From positions 84,943 to 148,942 of the forward strand of contig JAAYUB010000017.1 of the NCBI GenBank assembly GCA_012517875.1: a stretch of 64,000 nucleotides of DNA, given 5' to 3'. Source of the stretch: Acidobacteriota bacterium. Lineage in GTDB: Bacteria > Acidobacteriota > JAAYUB01. A program made the translations under genes and the position numbers. How positions within the stretch are numbered: the stretch's first letter is position 1; each line of letters starts with the position of its first letter. Under the pieces are notes generated by a model. It saw only the letters and a list, made by a program, of their open reading frames with translations, had not been told where the DNA came from and searched no databases. This document shows, one piece after another, positions 17,534-27,307 of the stretch.

Positions 17534-18987
17534 TGCCGGTTCGATCCGTCGGTCTGACCGCCACGGTCATTCACGGCTTCACGATCTCTCATCCAACCGG
17601 GGGCGGACAATCCCGCCCCCGGTTTCGTATCGGTGTCTCCATCCTGGCGGCACTTTACCTGCTGTTCCTCCCGCCCGTGATACCAGCTGCGTCCGCGAGC
17701 GCCTTGTTCTCCGAAAACGGGCTGGGTGACCAGGTGGACTTCTGGGAGCAGGTGTTCACGCGCTGGGGCCAGAATCAGGTGCTGATCCACGACCGCCAGG
17801 ATCTGCGCCTGGTTTACGAGATCATGCAGCTCGACGGCGACTATCTCCATGATCCGGCTGCCGCCAAGGCTCAGCAGCAGGCCGTCCGCTCGCGCCTGGA
17901 GCATTGGGAGGGGCTGTTGCGCCATGCTGCCGGTCGCATCGAGTCCGGCGCCCCACCGGATCCGGCGACGGCACGCATCCTGTCCGTTGTCGGCGGCAGG
18001 CTGGGTCGCCCGCCCGCCGCCGCGGAGTTGCGCGAGCTGGCCGGCCGGCTGCGGTCGCAGCGCGGCATCCGCGAAGAGTTTGCGGCCGGCTGGCGGCGCG
18101 CCGGGCGCTACTATCCGCACATGCAGACGATCTTCCGCGCCAACGGGATCCCCGAGGAGATTCTGGCGATCCCCTTCTTCGAGTCGTCGTTCCGGGAGGA
18201 TTCCCGTTCCCGCAAGGGCGCCACGGGCGTATGGCAGTTCATCCGCTCCACCGGCCGCACGTTCCTCCGCGTCAACCGGCATCTCGATGAACGACTCGAT
18301 CCCTTGCTCGCCACCTACGGCGCTGTCAAGTTTCTGCGGGACGCCCACGGCAAGCTGGGCAGCTGGCCGCTGGCGGTGATGGCCTACAACCACGGCACCA
18401 ACGGCATTTTCCAGGCCCGGCAGCGGCTGGGTTCAGATCCGCTCACCATTATCCGCTACTACTCCTCGAACCAGTTCGGGTTCGCCTCGCGCAACTATTA
18501 CTCTGAATTCCTGGCTTCGTTGCGGATCCTGCGGCAACCGGAACGCTACTTCCCCAACCTTGTCCAGGCGTCGCCCTGGGAGTTCCGCGAGATCCATCTC
18601 TCCCGCAGCGCCACCTTCGCCCAGCTGCAAAAACAGTACCGCGTCCCCGCCGGCGTCATGCTGGATTTCAATCCGGCCGTGATCCGGTCCCGGGCCACCG
18701 CCAAGCTGTCATTTCCCGCCGGTTTTCGCCTGAAGCTGCCGCCCGTCGAAATTCCGGGAACGACCGTGTCGGACGATGCCGCACCGATTGTCGCCACCGC
18801 CGCGCCGGCTGCGCCGGCTCCCGCCACGCCCGCCGGACCCGGGCCGAAAGTCCACCGCGTCCAGGCCGGTGAAACGCTGTATCGCATCGCGATGAACCAC
18901 AAGGTGACGGTGGCCCAACTCCGCCAGTGGAACAAGCTGCCGGGCAACACCATCCGGGTGGGTCAGCGCCTGGTGGTTCAGCCCTGA
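17533..18987 (+). CDS. membrane-bound lytic murein transglycosylase (SLT domain) with C-terminal LysM domain (MltD-like)
   Basis: 484 aa. SLT motifs GATGVWQFIRSTG and AYNHG. C-terminal LysM is HRVQAGETLYRIAMNHKVTVAQLRQWNKL. ATG at 17533 overlaps the ppiC stop. Confidence 0.88.
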   Translation: MPVRSVGLTATVIHGFTISHPTGGGQSRPRFRIGVSILAALYLLFLPPVIPAASASALFSENGLGDQVDFWEQVFTRWGQNQVLIHDRQDLRLVYEIMQLDGDYLHDPAAAKAQQQAVRSRLEHWEGLLRHAAGRIESGAPPDPATARILSVVGGRLGRPPAAAELRELAGRLRSQRGIREEFAAGWRRAGRYYPHMQTIFRANGIPEEILAIPFFESSFREDSRSRKGATGVWQFIRSTGRTFLRVNRHLDERLDPLLATYGAVKFLRDAHGKLGSWPLAVMAYNHGTNGIFQARQRLGSDPLTIIRYYSSNQFGFASRNYYSEFLASLRILRQPERYFPNLVQASPWEFREIHLSRSATFAQLQKQYRVPAGVMLDFNPAVIRSRATAKLSFPAGFRLKLPPVEIPGTTVSDDAAPIVATAAPAAPAPATPAGPGPKVHRVQAGETLYRIAMNHKVTVAQLRQWNKLPGNTIRVGQRLVVQP

Positions 18988-19015
18988 GGCCGGATTTTCC
19001 GAGGTAACTTGGCGA

Positions 19016-20020
19016 CTACAACCAGCGGACCGCCGAGGTCTTGAAGCTCAGGTAGACCTGGTCCCCGACCACCAACCGGTGCTCCTGCAGTGACCGCAGG
19101 GTGATCCGGGCCTCCAGACTGATCCCGCAATCCACCGTGATATCCGCCGCCTCGTCCTGCTGGCGCGTGGCGCGGATCGTTCCCCGCAACTGGTTGCGGG
19201 CGGTACCGTGAAGGGCCTCCCGGCTGACGACAATCTCGGTGGGAGGGATGTGCACCAGTCTGGGCGGCCGGGTGAACGGCAGAATTTCCAGGGTCACGTT
19301 CCCCGTTCGGAAGAAGAACTGCCGGTTCTCCATGCTGGCCGTGCCGCGCAGCACGTTGCGGGGATGATGCGGCACCAGCCGGCGCCCGACGATCTGGACG
19401 ATCTCGTCCGTCAAACGGATCGCAATCTCCTCCTGGTGGGTCGTGAACGCCACCGCCGCGCCCCGTTCCCGGGCCTGCTCCAGCAGCACGTTTTCCAGCA
19501 GCTCCCGGTTGACGGGGTCCACGTCGGCGAAGGGCTCGTCGAGCAACAGGAATTGCGGCTCCATCGCCAGCACCCGGGCCAGGGCCACCCGACGCTTTTC
19601 TCCGCCCGACAGCCGGGTGGCACGTCGCTTCGCCAGCGCCTCCAGATTCAGCCGCCCGAGGACGCCGGCGACACGCGCGTGCGCCGCCCGCTGGGACAAG
19701 CCGGCGAGGCGCAATCCGTACGCCAGGTTGCGCTCCACCGAGAAGTCGAACAGAACCGGCTCCTGCGCCAGCAGCAGCAGGTCACGCGGCTGGTTGCGCC
19801 CCTGGAAAAAGGCGGCCGGCGGCGCCTCATCGTAACGAATGACCCCGCTGAAATCGCGCTCCAGCCCGGCCAGCAGCCGGAGAAACGTGGTTTTCCCGCT
19901 GCCGTTCTCTCCGAGGATGGCCAGGATGCGTCCGCCGGTGACGGCCAGTTGCGGCACGCGGAACAGCTCCGTTCCGTTGCGGCGGACGCCGACGTCAGCG
20001 AGCGTGATCCTAGACAGCAC
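19016..20020 (-). CDS. ABC transporter ATP-binding protein with C-terminal TOBE/Mop domain (molybdate/tungstate/sulfate ModC-type)
   Basis: 334 aa. Walker A GENGSGKTT, LSGGEKRRV signature, and a C-terminal TOBE-like region. GTG start at 20020 overlaps the permease 3' end by 11 nt. TAG stop. Confidence 0.88.
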   Translation of the reverse strand: MLSRITLADVGVRRNGTELFRVPQLAVTGGRILAILGENGSGKTTFLRLLAGLERDFSGVIRYDEAPPAAFFQGRNQPRDLLLLAQEPVLFDFSVERNLAYGLRLAGLSQRAAHARVAGVLGRLNLEALAKRRATRLSGGEKRRVALARVLAMEPQFLLLDEPFADVDPVNRELLENVLLEQARERGAAVAFTTHQEEIAIRLTDEIVQIVGRRLVPHHPRNVLRGTASMENRQFFFRTGNVTLEILPFTRPPRLVHIPPTEIVVSREALHGTARNQLRGTIRATRQQDEAADITVDCGISLEARITLRSLQEHRLVVGDQVYLSFKTSAVRWL

Positions 20021-20708
20021 GGAACCTCCGGCGCAGGACGACGATCAAGGCGTTCAACGCCAGCGCCACCGCCAGCAGGATGAACCCGAGTCCGATCCCG
20101 AGAGCGAACTCACCCTTGCTGGTTTCCAGGGCGATGGCTGTGGTGATGTTCCGGGTGTAGCCGCGGATGTTGCCGCCGATCATCATCGCGCTGCCCACCT
20201 CCGAAATCGCCCGGCTCAGGGCGGAGAACACCGCTACGGCCAGCGGGATCCGGCAGTGGTGCAACAGCAGCCAGAACTGTTGGCGGTGACCCGCGCCCAG
20301 CGACCAGGCTTCCTCGCGCAGCCGGGGATCCGCTTGCTCCAGCGCCGCGCTGACCAAGGACACCAGCAGGGGGAGAATCAGCACCGTTTGACCGATGGCC
20401 ATGGCGGTCGGCGTAAACAGCAGGCCCAGCGGGCCGAGAGGTCCCTGACGGAAGAGTGTCGCATACAGCAACAGGCCCACTACTACGGTGGGCACCGCCA
20501 TGAGGGTCTGGCAGATCGTCAGGATGAGCCGGCGGCCGGGAAATCGACAGGTGCCGAGCACAAATCCGGCGGGCGCGGCGATCAGCGTGGCCGCCGTGAT
20601 GGCCGCCAAACTGACCGTCAGCGAAATCCAGAGCGCGCTGTAGAGGTCGGCGTCACCCGTGACGATCAGCCGGAACGCCTTGGCCAGCGCCTCGCTCAAA
20701 AAATCCAC
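20010..20708 (-). CDS. ABC transporter permease (ModB/TupB-like)
   Basis: 232 aa with multiple TM segments and the EAA-like motif EEAWSLGAG. GTG start at 20708. It lies 36 nt downstream of moaA on the same strand. TAG stop. Confidence 0.85.
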   Translation of the reverse strand: MDFLSEALAKAFRLIVTGDADLYSALWISLTVSLAAITAATLIAAPAGFVLGTCRFPGRRLILTICQTLMAVPTVVVGLLLYATLFRQGPLGPLGLLFTPTAMAIGQTVLILPLLVSLVSAALEQADPRLREEAWSLGAGHRQQFWLLLHHCRIPLAVAVFSALSRAISEVGSAMMIGGNIRGYTRNITTAIALETSKGEFALGIGLGFILLAVALALNALIVVLRRRFRAV

Positions 20709-20744
20709 ACGCCCTTCCTCTGCCGCGGAATTTCCATCAGCCGG

Positions 20745-21749
20745 TCAGCCGCCGATGCGGGACATGGCCGACGTGCATTTCCACCCACCACCGATGCCCC
20801 CCGCCGGTCCGGCCGGCTTCTGGGCCACTGCCGACCGGAACACTCCGGCGAGCGCCTCGTCGTCGACGCCCCCTCGCAGCAGCCGGCGCAGGTCCACCTC
20901 CGCCTCGTGAAACAGGCAGGTGCGGAGCTTGCCATCCGGGGTCAGGCGGAGCCGGTTGCAGTGCCGGCAGAAATGGTCGGTCATGGGGCTGATCAGTCCG
21001 ATCCGTCCGGCCGCGCCCCGAATCTGGAAGAGGCGGCCGGATACCGGTGCGCCCGCCGGATCATCCAGCGGCGCCAGTTCGTAGCGCTTACTGAGGATCT
21101 GGAGCACCTCCTCGCCCGGCACCAGTTGGGCGGAGTCCCAATAGGCGTGCCCCCCCACGGGCATCAATTCGATGAAGCGGACCTCGTAAGCGTGGTGCAG
21201 CGTCATGGCCGCAAAATCCGCGATCTCATCCAGGTTGACGCTCCGCATGGTGACCACGTTGAGCTTGACGGGATGCAGGCCGGCCGCCTCGGCCGCCCGG
21301 ATGCCCTCAAGCACGTTCGTCAGGACGGGCTGGCGGGTGATGGTCGCAAACCGCTCCGGCCGCAACGTGTCCAGGCTGACATTGACCCGGTGGAGTCCGG
21401 CGGCCCGAAGCGCCGCCGCATAGTGCCCCAGCAATGCGCCGTTGGTCGTCAGGCTGAGGTCGGCGAGGTCGGGCAGCCGGGACAGCTCAGCCAGCAGGGA
21501 CACCACGCCCCGGCGGACAAGGGGCTCCCCCCCGGTGACCCGGATTTTCCGTAGGCCCAGTGAAATGGCGATCCGCGCGCAGCGCAGAATGTCCTCGTAG
21601 GTCAGGATGTCCGCATGGTTCAGCAACGGGATGCCTTCCGTCGGCATGCAGTATTGGCAGCGGAAATTGCACCGGTCGGTGATCGAAATGCGAAGGTAAT
21701 TGATGAGCCGGTTGTGATGGTCGGCTAGTGGCGTGGGTGCATGTGTCAT
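20745..21749 (-). CDS. moaA: GTP 3',8-cyclase MoaA (molybdenum cofactor biosynthesis, radical SAM)
   Basis: 334 aa from ATG 21749. The CNFRCQYC radical-SAM motif and C-terminal …MSRIGG are typical of MoaA. The ORF-track extension upstream of 21749 has no homology. Confidence 0.92.
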   Translation of the reverse strand: MTHAPTPLADHHNRLINYLRISITDRCNFRCQYCMPTEGIPLLNHADILTYEDILRCARIAISLGLRKIRVTGGEPLVRRGVVSLLAELSRLPDLADLSLTTNGALLGHYAAALRAAGLHRVNVSLDTLRPERFATITRQPVLTNVLEGIRAAEAAGLHPVKLNVVTMRSVNLDEIADFAAMTLHHAYEVRFIELMPVGGHAYWDSAQLVPGEEVLQILSKRYELAPLDDPAGAPVSGRLFQIRGAAGRIGLISPMTDHFCRHCNRLRLTPDGKLRTCLFHEAEVDLRRLLRGGVDDEALAGVFRSAVAQKPAGPAGGIGGGWKCTSAMSRIGG

Positions 21750-21896
21750 CGTCCGTGTCCCCGGGCAGTATACTGGAAAGCCCCACCTGTTGCAACGTGG
21801 CCAGGTTGACGGCTCATACCGACAGCGGATCCCCGTTGGCACCGTGGGTCTGTTTCCAATATCATGATAGTCGGCGTCTGCAACCGCGGAGGCGGC

Positions 21897-22643
21897 ATGA
21901 ACAACGGAGACACCCTGGACCACGCCGCGAGCGTGTTCCAAAAGTCCCGATTCAATCTGGCGTTCACCGGCGCCGGTGTGTCGGTGGAATCGGGTCTGCC
22001 CGACTTCCGTTCCCCCGGCGGATTGTGGGATCGGTATGACGTGGCGGAATACGCCACGCTGACCGCGTTCCAGCGGCATCCCGAAAAGGTCTGGACATTC
22101 ATCCACGAGCTCCTGGACGGCTACGGCGGCGTCCAGCCCAACGCCGGGCACCGGGCCATGGCGGCGCTGGAGGCAGCCGGCGCGCTCCATGCCGTGGTTA
22201 CCCAGAACATCGACGGTCTGCACCAGGCCGCCGGCTCCCGCCGCGTGGTGGAGTTTCACGGCAGTCTGCGGCGGCTGGTCTGTCTCGGATGCGGGCGAAT
22301 GTGCCCAACCGACGATCCGTCCGTGCGCGCCCTCCCCGTGCCGCGCTGCGCCTGCGGCCGCGTTTTCAAGCCGGATTTCGTGTTTTTCGGCGAGGCGATT
22401 CCCGCCGCGGCGCTGACGGACGCCTTCGCCTTGGCCCGTTCATGCGGGGTTCTGCTGGTGGCGGGCACGTCGGCCGAGGTGGCGCCCGCCAGCCTCATTC
22501 CATATGAGGCCAAGGCGGCCGGCGCCACGATTGTGGAGCTCAACGTCCGGCCCACGGCGCTCACCGACGGTCTGACCGATCACTTCATCGCCGGTCCATT
22601 CGCACACACCATGGTCGCGCTCGCTCGACGGATCACTGGATAA
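21897..22643 (+). CDS. cobB: NAD-dependent protein deacylase, sirtuin family (CobB/Sir2-like)
   Basis: 248 aa from ATG 21897 (RBS GGAGG). [22 protein letters not shown], and a C4 Zn ribbon (CLGCG…CACG). TAA stop. Confidence 0.9.
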   Translation: MNNGDTLDHAASVFQKSRFNLAFTGAGVSVESGLPDFRSPGGLWDRYDVAEYATLTAFQRHPEKVWTFIHELLDGYGGVQPNAGHRAMAALEAAGALHAVVTQNIDGLHQAAGSRRVVEFHGSLRRLVCLGCGRMCPTDDPSVRALPVPRCACGRVFKPDFVFFGEAIPAAALTDAFALARSCGVLLVAGTSAEVAPASLIPYEAKAAGATIVELNVRPTALTDGLTDHFIAGPFAHTMVALARRITG

Positions 22644-23814
22644 TCCAAATCTCCCGCTGGAACGACGACAGGAACCGGCCGCCCTCGGGCGTCACCACCG
22701 CGATCTCCTCCACCGTGGCCACGCCGTGACCAGCGATGTGCACCCGCGGCTCCAGGGTGTAGACCTGCCCCGCCTCGATTTTCAGGTACGGGAGCTGTCC
22801 GTAGCGCTCCCAACGCGGACAGAGCAGACCGGCGCCATCGTGGGCCGAGCGACCCACCTGGTGCCCCAGCGCGTGCTTGAATTCGTCGAAACCACAGGCC
22901 ATGATGTGATTGCGGGCGATCTCATCAATGCGCCAACCTTCCACTCCCGGCTTCAGGGCCTCGGCGGCACGAGTGATCGCGTCCACCACGGCGGCGAATC
23001 CCCGCCGGACGCTCTCCGGCGGTTCGTGCTCGCCTTCGCGCAGGACGTACCAGGTCCGCTGAAGGTCGGACACATAGTCGTCGATGCGCAACCCGAAATC
23101 CATGTTGATCACGTGCCCCCGCTCCACCGCCTTGTCGGTGGGCCCGGTGTGCGCCTCGCCATGGTCCGGCACGCCCGTGAACACGGCGGGGCAGTGCACC
23201 TCGTCCCAGGCCAGCTCGAAGCCCGCTTCCCGTACCCGCTGAAGGACGAACTCGTGGATCTGTCGTTCCGTCCGGCCCGGCCGGATGAAGCCGGTCACCG
23301 CCTGAAAGATCTTTTCGGCCTCGGTCACGGCGCGCTGGATACGGCGGACCTCCTCGGGCGATTTGCGGCCCCGCAGGGCCGCAATCAGGCGCTCCGAGGG
23401 CACCAGTCGGTTCGGATACGGCGTCCCTTCCAGGTATCGCAGCAACAGCAGGTACATGCCGTGGGACAGACCGTCGGCCATGACGTCGTCAGAGGAGTAA
23501 TTGATGGCGATGGTGGCCGGATCCAGCTCGGCCAGCGTCTGCCGAAGTGCATCGCGCACCCCGCCCACGTAGGTGATCACCGTGGCGTAGTCGCCTCGCT
23601 TCTGAATCTCGGCTGCGTCCAAACTGCCGACGATGGCGATGGTCCGGCCGGTTCGGGTGATGATGAACGCGGAGGCCCAGGTATAGCCGGCGCCCACGAC
23701 CAGCGGCCCGCATGGATCCATCGACGTGTGGGACTCGCGGCCGAAGATCAGCCAGGCGTCAATGTTCAACTCCTGCATGATGCCGATTGCTTGTTGGATT
23801 TTTTCACGAATCAT
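22633..23814 (-). CDS. M24 family metallopeptidase (Xaa-Pro aminopeptidase/prolidase-like)
   Basis: 393 aa with a creatinase/prolidase N-domain plus M24 catalytic domain (…HALGHQVGRSAHDG…). The stop overlaps the cobB 3' end convergently. Confidence 0.85.
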   Translation of the reverse strand: MIREKIQQAIGIMQELNIDAWLIFGRESHTSMDPCGPLVVGAGYTWASAFIITRTGRTIAIVGSLDAAEIQKRGDYATVITYVGGVRDALRQTLAELDPATIAINYSSDDVMADGLSHGMYLLLLRYLEGTPYPNRLVPSERLIAALRGRKSPEEVRRIQRAVTEAEKIFQAVTGFIRPGRTERQIHEFVLQRVREAGFELAWDEVHCPAVFTGVPDHGEAHTGPTDKAVERGHVINMDFGLRIDDYVSDLQRTWYVLREGEHEPPESVRRGFAAVVDAITRAAEALKPGVEGWRIDEIARNHIMACGFDEFKHALGHQVGRSAHDGAGLLCPRWERYGQLPYLKIEAGQVYTLEPRVHIAGHGVATVEEIAVVTPEGGRFLSSFQREIWIIQ

Positions 23815-23988
23815 TTACAAACTCGGCCTCCTTTGACTAAAATATCGCAAATGCTGTGCGCATGTTCGTTTGGGGACAACAGCAGGTTTCTACGACATCG
23901 ACTCGTTTGTTGCATCCTTAGTATACGACACGAACCCCCTTTGTTTGGGCTGAAACCGCATCATCTTTGATTGGTATAAGGAGGAGCT

Positions 23989-26448
23989 GTGAAACGTTCA
24001 ATCTGGTCCTGCCTGATCGTTCTGCTGGTTCTGGGCGCCTGGGTGCTGCCCGTGGACAAGAACGACTGGGAGGAAGTCAATTTCGTTTTCAATTCGTCCG
24101 TCCTCGTGGACGGGTTCCCGTCCATGCTCGAGGTGGCCGACCTTCTCAGCAAAAGCCCCGATCTCCATCTGCTGGTCGAAGGGCATTGCGATGTCGTGGG
24201 GTCCGACCGCTACAATGACCAGCTGGCCATCAAGCGGGCGACCGCGGTCCGCGACTTCCTGGTCAAATACGGCGCCCGCCCCGACCAGGTGGAAGTCGCC
24301 GGCAAAGGGAAACGCGAACCCAAGGCCGAGAACGAAACGCCTGAAGGCCGGTTCATCAACCGGCGCGTGGTGTTCACGTTGTACCGGATAAAGGACGGCG
24401 TGAAGGAAATCCTCAAGCGCGACGTGCCCATCAGCGGCGTGATCCAGCAGCTGCAGCAGGACACCTGCAAGGACAAGCTGGCCGAGCTGGGCCAGAAGCA
24501 GGACGCTATCCTGAACAAACTGGCGGACCTCGACAAGATCCTGGGCGAGCTCCAGCAGCTCAGGGATCGTCAGGCCCGGCTCGAGGACGAGCTCGCCCGG
24601 TTGCGGGAGCAGGCCAAACCGCTTCCGCCGCCGCTCCCGCCGCCGGTCCCGGCGGCGACGCCGGCCCTGGCCGAGGCGCCCGCCGCGCCACTGAAGATGG
24701 CGTGGGGCGACTTGGGATTGCTGGGCTTTGATCTGGGCGCCACCGAAGACGGCGACCTCACCGGCAGTGTGAGCGCCCGCTATTTCCACCGCTTCACCCC
24801 GAGCCTGGCGCTGCAAGGCCAGGGCGAGTACCTGCTGTATCCCGAGCGGCAGGAGTTCCAGTTCGACCTGGGCCTGGTTACGCGGTATAAGCGGTTCCAG
24901 GCGGGCGCGTTCGCCTCGCTCAAGCGCGTGGAGCTGGATGATTATGCCGACGGCGGCACCCTGGCCCAAGGCAGCGTGATCGCCGAGTACCTGTTCAACT
25001 GGGGCTCCGTCGGCGGGTTCGCCACCCAGGGCCTGCTTGGTGAGAGCGTGATCGACCGCGACTACATCTCGAACCACGTGTTCCGCGAAACCTACCTGAA
25101 CACGCTGAACCAGTACGGCGTCACCGCCCAGGTGGACCTGCCGGCCCGGTTCATGCTTGAGGGGAACGTGGGCTACATCGACCGCGGCGAGCTGGCCAGC
25201 CGGGCAGGCGGGCTGGTGCGCCTGGTGCGGCCGTTGGGAGACAACTGGAGCTGGTTCGTCGAAGGCAGCTGGAACGAATCCATGCTCGGCGACGAAACCA
25301 CCGGCCGTTACGCCGCCGGCATCCGCTACGGCGCCTGGAAGCAGCCGATCCGCGGCGAGGTGGCCGAGGTGGTGCCGGTGGATGTGCCCCGGCTCAAGTA
25401 CGATGTCCGAACCCGGATGGCCCGCTCCGGCAACGACGTGCCCATCGCCAACGCCGGCCCCGACCAGATCGACGTGGAGGCCGGCCTGATCGCGTTAGAC
25501 GGGACCGCATCCTACGATCCCGACGGCGACGCCATCGCCTTCCACTGGACCCAGGTTCAGGGGCCCGCCGTCTCGCTCGGCGGCGCGAATACCGCCACGC
25601 CGTCATTCACCGCCGAGGCCGGACATGTGTACGTCTTCCGGCTGCGTGTGACCGACACCGGCGCCGCCTATGCAGTGGATGACGTCGTGGTCACCACCCG
25701 GAAGATCGAAAACGTCGAGATCCTGTACTTTTTGGCCGACCCGGCGGTGATCAGCCCCGGCCAGCAGTCCCGTCTGAGCTGGAAGGTCCTGCACGCCGAG
25801 TCGGTGGAGATTGAAGGCATCGGCCCCGTGTCCATCGAAGGGTCCACCTATGTGGCGCCGGCGGCTACGCAGGAATACGTGCTGATCGCCCGCGCTCCGG
25901 GGCAGGAGGTCCGGGCTACTGTGGTCGTCACCGTCGCCGACGCGCAGATTCTGTTCTTCATCGCTGAACCCACCCAGATCAGTCCCGGCCAACAGTCCCG
26001 GTTGAGCTGGAAGGTGAGCAACGCCGCCGCGGTCCGCATCGAAGGCATCGGGGCGGTCCAGGCCGAGGGCAGCCTGATGGTCGCGCCCACGGCCAGCACC
26101 ACCTACACGCTGATCGCCACCAGCAGCAGCGGCGCGGAGATTCTGGCCTATGCGGTCGTTCAGGTGATCACGCCCAACTCGCCGCCCGTCGCCTACGCCG
26201 GCTCCGATCAGATCAGTCGCCAGTTCGGCACCTACACTCTGGATGGCTCCACATCGTACGATCCCGACGGCGACCCGCTGACCTTCCTGTGGCAGCAGCT
26301 GGATGGGCCGGTCGTCACTCTGTCGGCCCCGACCAGCGCCGTCACCACCTTCGAAGTCACCGTCACTGGAACGTATGTTTTCAATCTCCAGGTTTTTGAC
26401 GGCAAGGGCGGTGTCGCCAGCGACACGGTCCGGGTGACGGTCTACTGA
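23989..26448 (+). CDS. large secreted/outer-membrane-associated protein: signal peptide, N-terminal OmpA-like domain, coiled coil, beta-rich region, PKD - Ig-like x2 - PKD domains
   Basis: 819 aa. GTG at 23989 is preceded by AAGGAGG. OmpA-like motif LLVEGHCDVVGSDRYNDQLAIKRATAVRDFL. PKD-like repeats (NAGPDQ…DGTASYDPDGD…W.Q.GP). Confidence 0.85.
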   Translation: MKRSIWSCLIVLLVLGAWVLPVDKNDWEEVNFVFNSSVLVDGFPSMLEVADLLSKSPDLHLLVEGHCDVVGSDRYNDQLAIKRATAVRDFLVKYGARPDQVEVAGKGKREPKAENETPEGRFINRRVVFTLYRIKDGVKEILKRDVPISGVIQQLQQDTCKDKLAELGQKQDAILNKLADLDKILGELQQLRDRQARLEDELARLREQAKPLPPPLPPPVPAATPALAEAPAAPLKMAWGDLGLLGFDLGATEDGDLTGSVSARYFHRFTPSLALQGQGEYLLYPERQEFQFDLGLVTRYKRFQAGAFASLKRVELDDYADGGTLAQGSVIAEYLFNWGSVGGFATQGLLGESVIDRDYISNHVFRETYLNTLNQYGVTAQVDLPARFMLEGNVGYIDRGELASRAGGLVRLVRPLGDNWSWFVEGSWNESMLGDETTGRYAAGIRYGAWKQPIRGEVAEVVPVDVPRLKYDVRTRMARSGNDVPIANAGPDQIDVEAGLIALDGTASYDPDGDAIAFHWTQVQGPAVSLGGANTATPSFTAEAGHVYVFRLRVTDTGAAYAVDDVVVTTRKIENVEILYFLADPAVISPGQQSRLSWKVLHAESVEIEGIGPVSIEGSTYVAPAATQEYVLIARAPGQEVRATVVVTVADAQILFFIAEPTQISPGQQSRLSWKVSNAAAVRIEGIGAVQAEGSLMVAPTASTTYTLIATSSSGAEILAYAVVQVITPNSPPVAYAGSDQISRQFGTYTLDGSTSYDPDGDPLTFLWQQLDGPVVTLSAPTSAVTTFEVTVTGTYVFNLQVFDGKGGVASDTVRVTVY
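25714..26169 (+). repeat. intragenic tandem duplication (~228 bp x 2) encoding two Ig-like domains
   Basis: VEILYFLADPAVISPGQQSRLSWKVL… and AQILFFIAEPTQISPGQQSRLSWKVS… share long near-identical nucleotide stretches (cccggccagcagtcccgtctgagctggaaggt / cccggccaacagtcccggttgagctggaaggt). Confidence 0.8.
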
Positions 26449-26478
26449 TCCATCGACCGAGCACCGACTGTATGCATG

Positions 26479-26510
26479 CCCGGCCCGGACTGGCCGGGCC
26501 GGGCTTTTTT
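26479..26510 (+). terminator. intrinsic terminator
   Basis: Perfect 10-bp stem (cccggcccgg / ccgggccggg) with loop actgg, followed by CTTTTTT. It lies 30 nt after the stop of the 23989-26448 gene. Confidence 0.85.
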
Positions 26511-26572
26511 ACACGCAACTTTTCGCCGTCCGGTGCGATAATACAGTGGAATTTGATTTTGCGGAGGATTTG

Positions 26573-27286
26573 ATGAAACAGAGCTTTCTCTTCTTCGGTC
26601 TGATGACCCTGCTGGTGACAGCGGCGGCAGCCGCCGACGCCCGCATCGCCATCGAAGGGATATTTCCGGACTCCGGCCCTCCCGGCACCACGGTGATTGT
26701 CAAGGGACGCGGGTTCACGCTCGGCGACGCCAATCGGGTGTGGGCCGAGAACATGAAAAATGTGTCGGCGCCCGGATTCGTGGAGTTCAACGGCGCCCGC
26801 GCCCGGCTCCTGCTCTGGCAGGACAATATGGCCGTGGTGATCGTTCCGGACCATGCCAATTCCGGCCCGGTGCGGCTGACCCTCAGCTCCGGCATCAGCG
26901 TCCAGGGCAACCATTTCGAGCTGACCGACGCCGCCGGCGTCAGCGCCGACGCCGCCGGCCGGAAGGACTACGCCTTTCTGGAGTCGGAGTCCGCCGGATT
27001 CTATCCCTCCCCCTACTACTACTACTACGGCTATAACCCCCGCGTGCTGGACGGCCGTTATACCCCACCCTACTGGGCCTATACCGGCGACGGCTGTCTG
27101 GATTTTTTCCTGGTCTCCGGGCCGATCCTGTCCACCTGCGGGCTCAACACCGGCCTCGACAACGTGATGTTTTTCCCACGGCGGTTCATGGGTGATTTCC
27201 GAACCCGCCACAATTGGTGGCGGAACGCAGTGCCCTACTACGACCAGGTGGGCAAGCAGAAGAAACCGTACAGCTTCCAGCAGTAA
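26573..27286 (+). CDS. secreted hypothetical protein with IPT/TIG (Ig-like) domain and Tyr-rich C-terminal region
   Basis: 237 aa from ATG 26573 (RBS GGAGGA). Signal peptide MKQSFLFFGLMTLLVTAAAAA. IPT-like IEGIFPDSGPPGTTVIVKGRGF. A YYYYYGY run. Confidence 0.7.
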   Translation: MKQSFLFFGLMTLLVTAAAAADARIAIEGIFPDSGPPGTTVIVKGRGFTLGDANRVWAENMKNVSAPGFVEFNGARARLLLWQDNMAVVIVPDHANSGPVRLTLSSGISVQGNHFELTDAAGVSADAAGRKDYAFLESESAGFYPSPYYYYYGYNPRVLDGRYTPPYWAYTGDGCLDFFLVSGPILSTCGLNTGLDNVMFFPRRFMGDFRTRHNWWRNAVPYYDQVGKQKKPYSFQQ

Positions 27287-27307
27287 ACCCGCCGGCCGAC
27301 CGACTGA

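Noticed and set aside
21897-22643. Sirtuin as a component of an anti-phage SIR2 defence system (Thoeris/DSR/SIR2-HerA).
   Set aside because: It is a compact 248-aa CobB-type deacylase with its C4 zinc ribbon. It has no fused effector/sensor domain and no ThsB/HerA-like neighbour.
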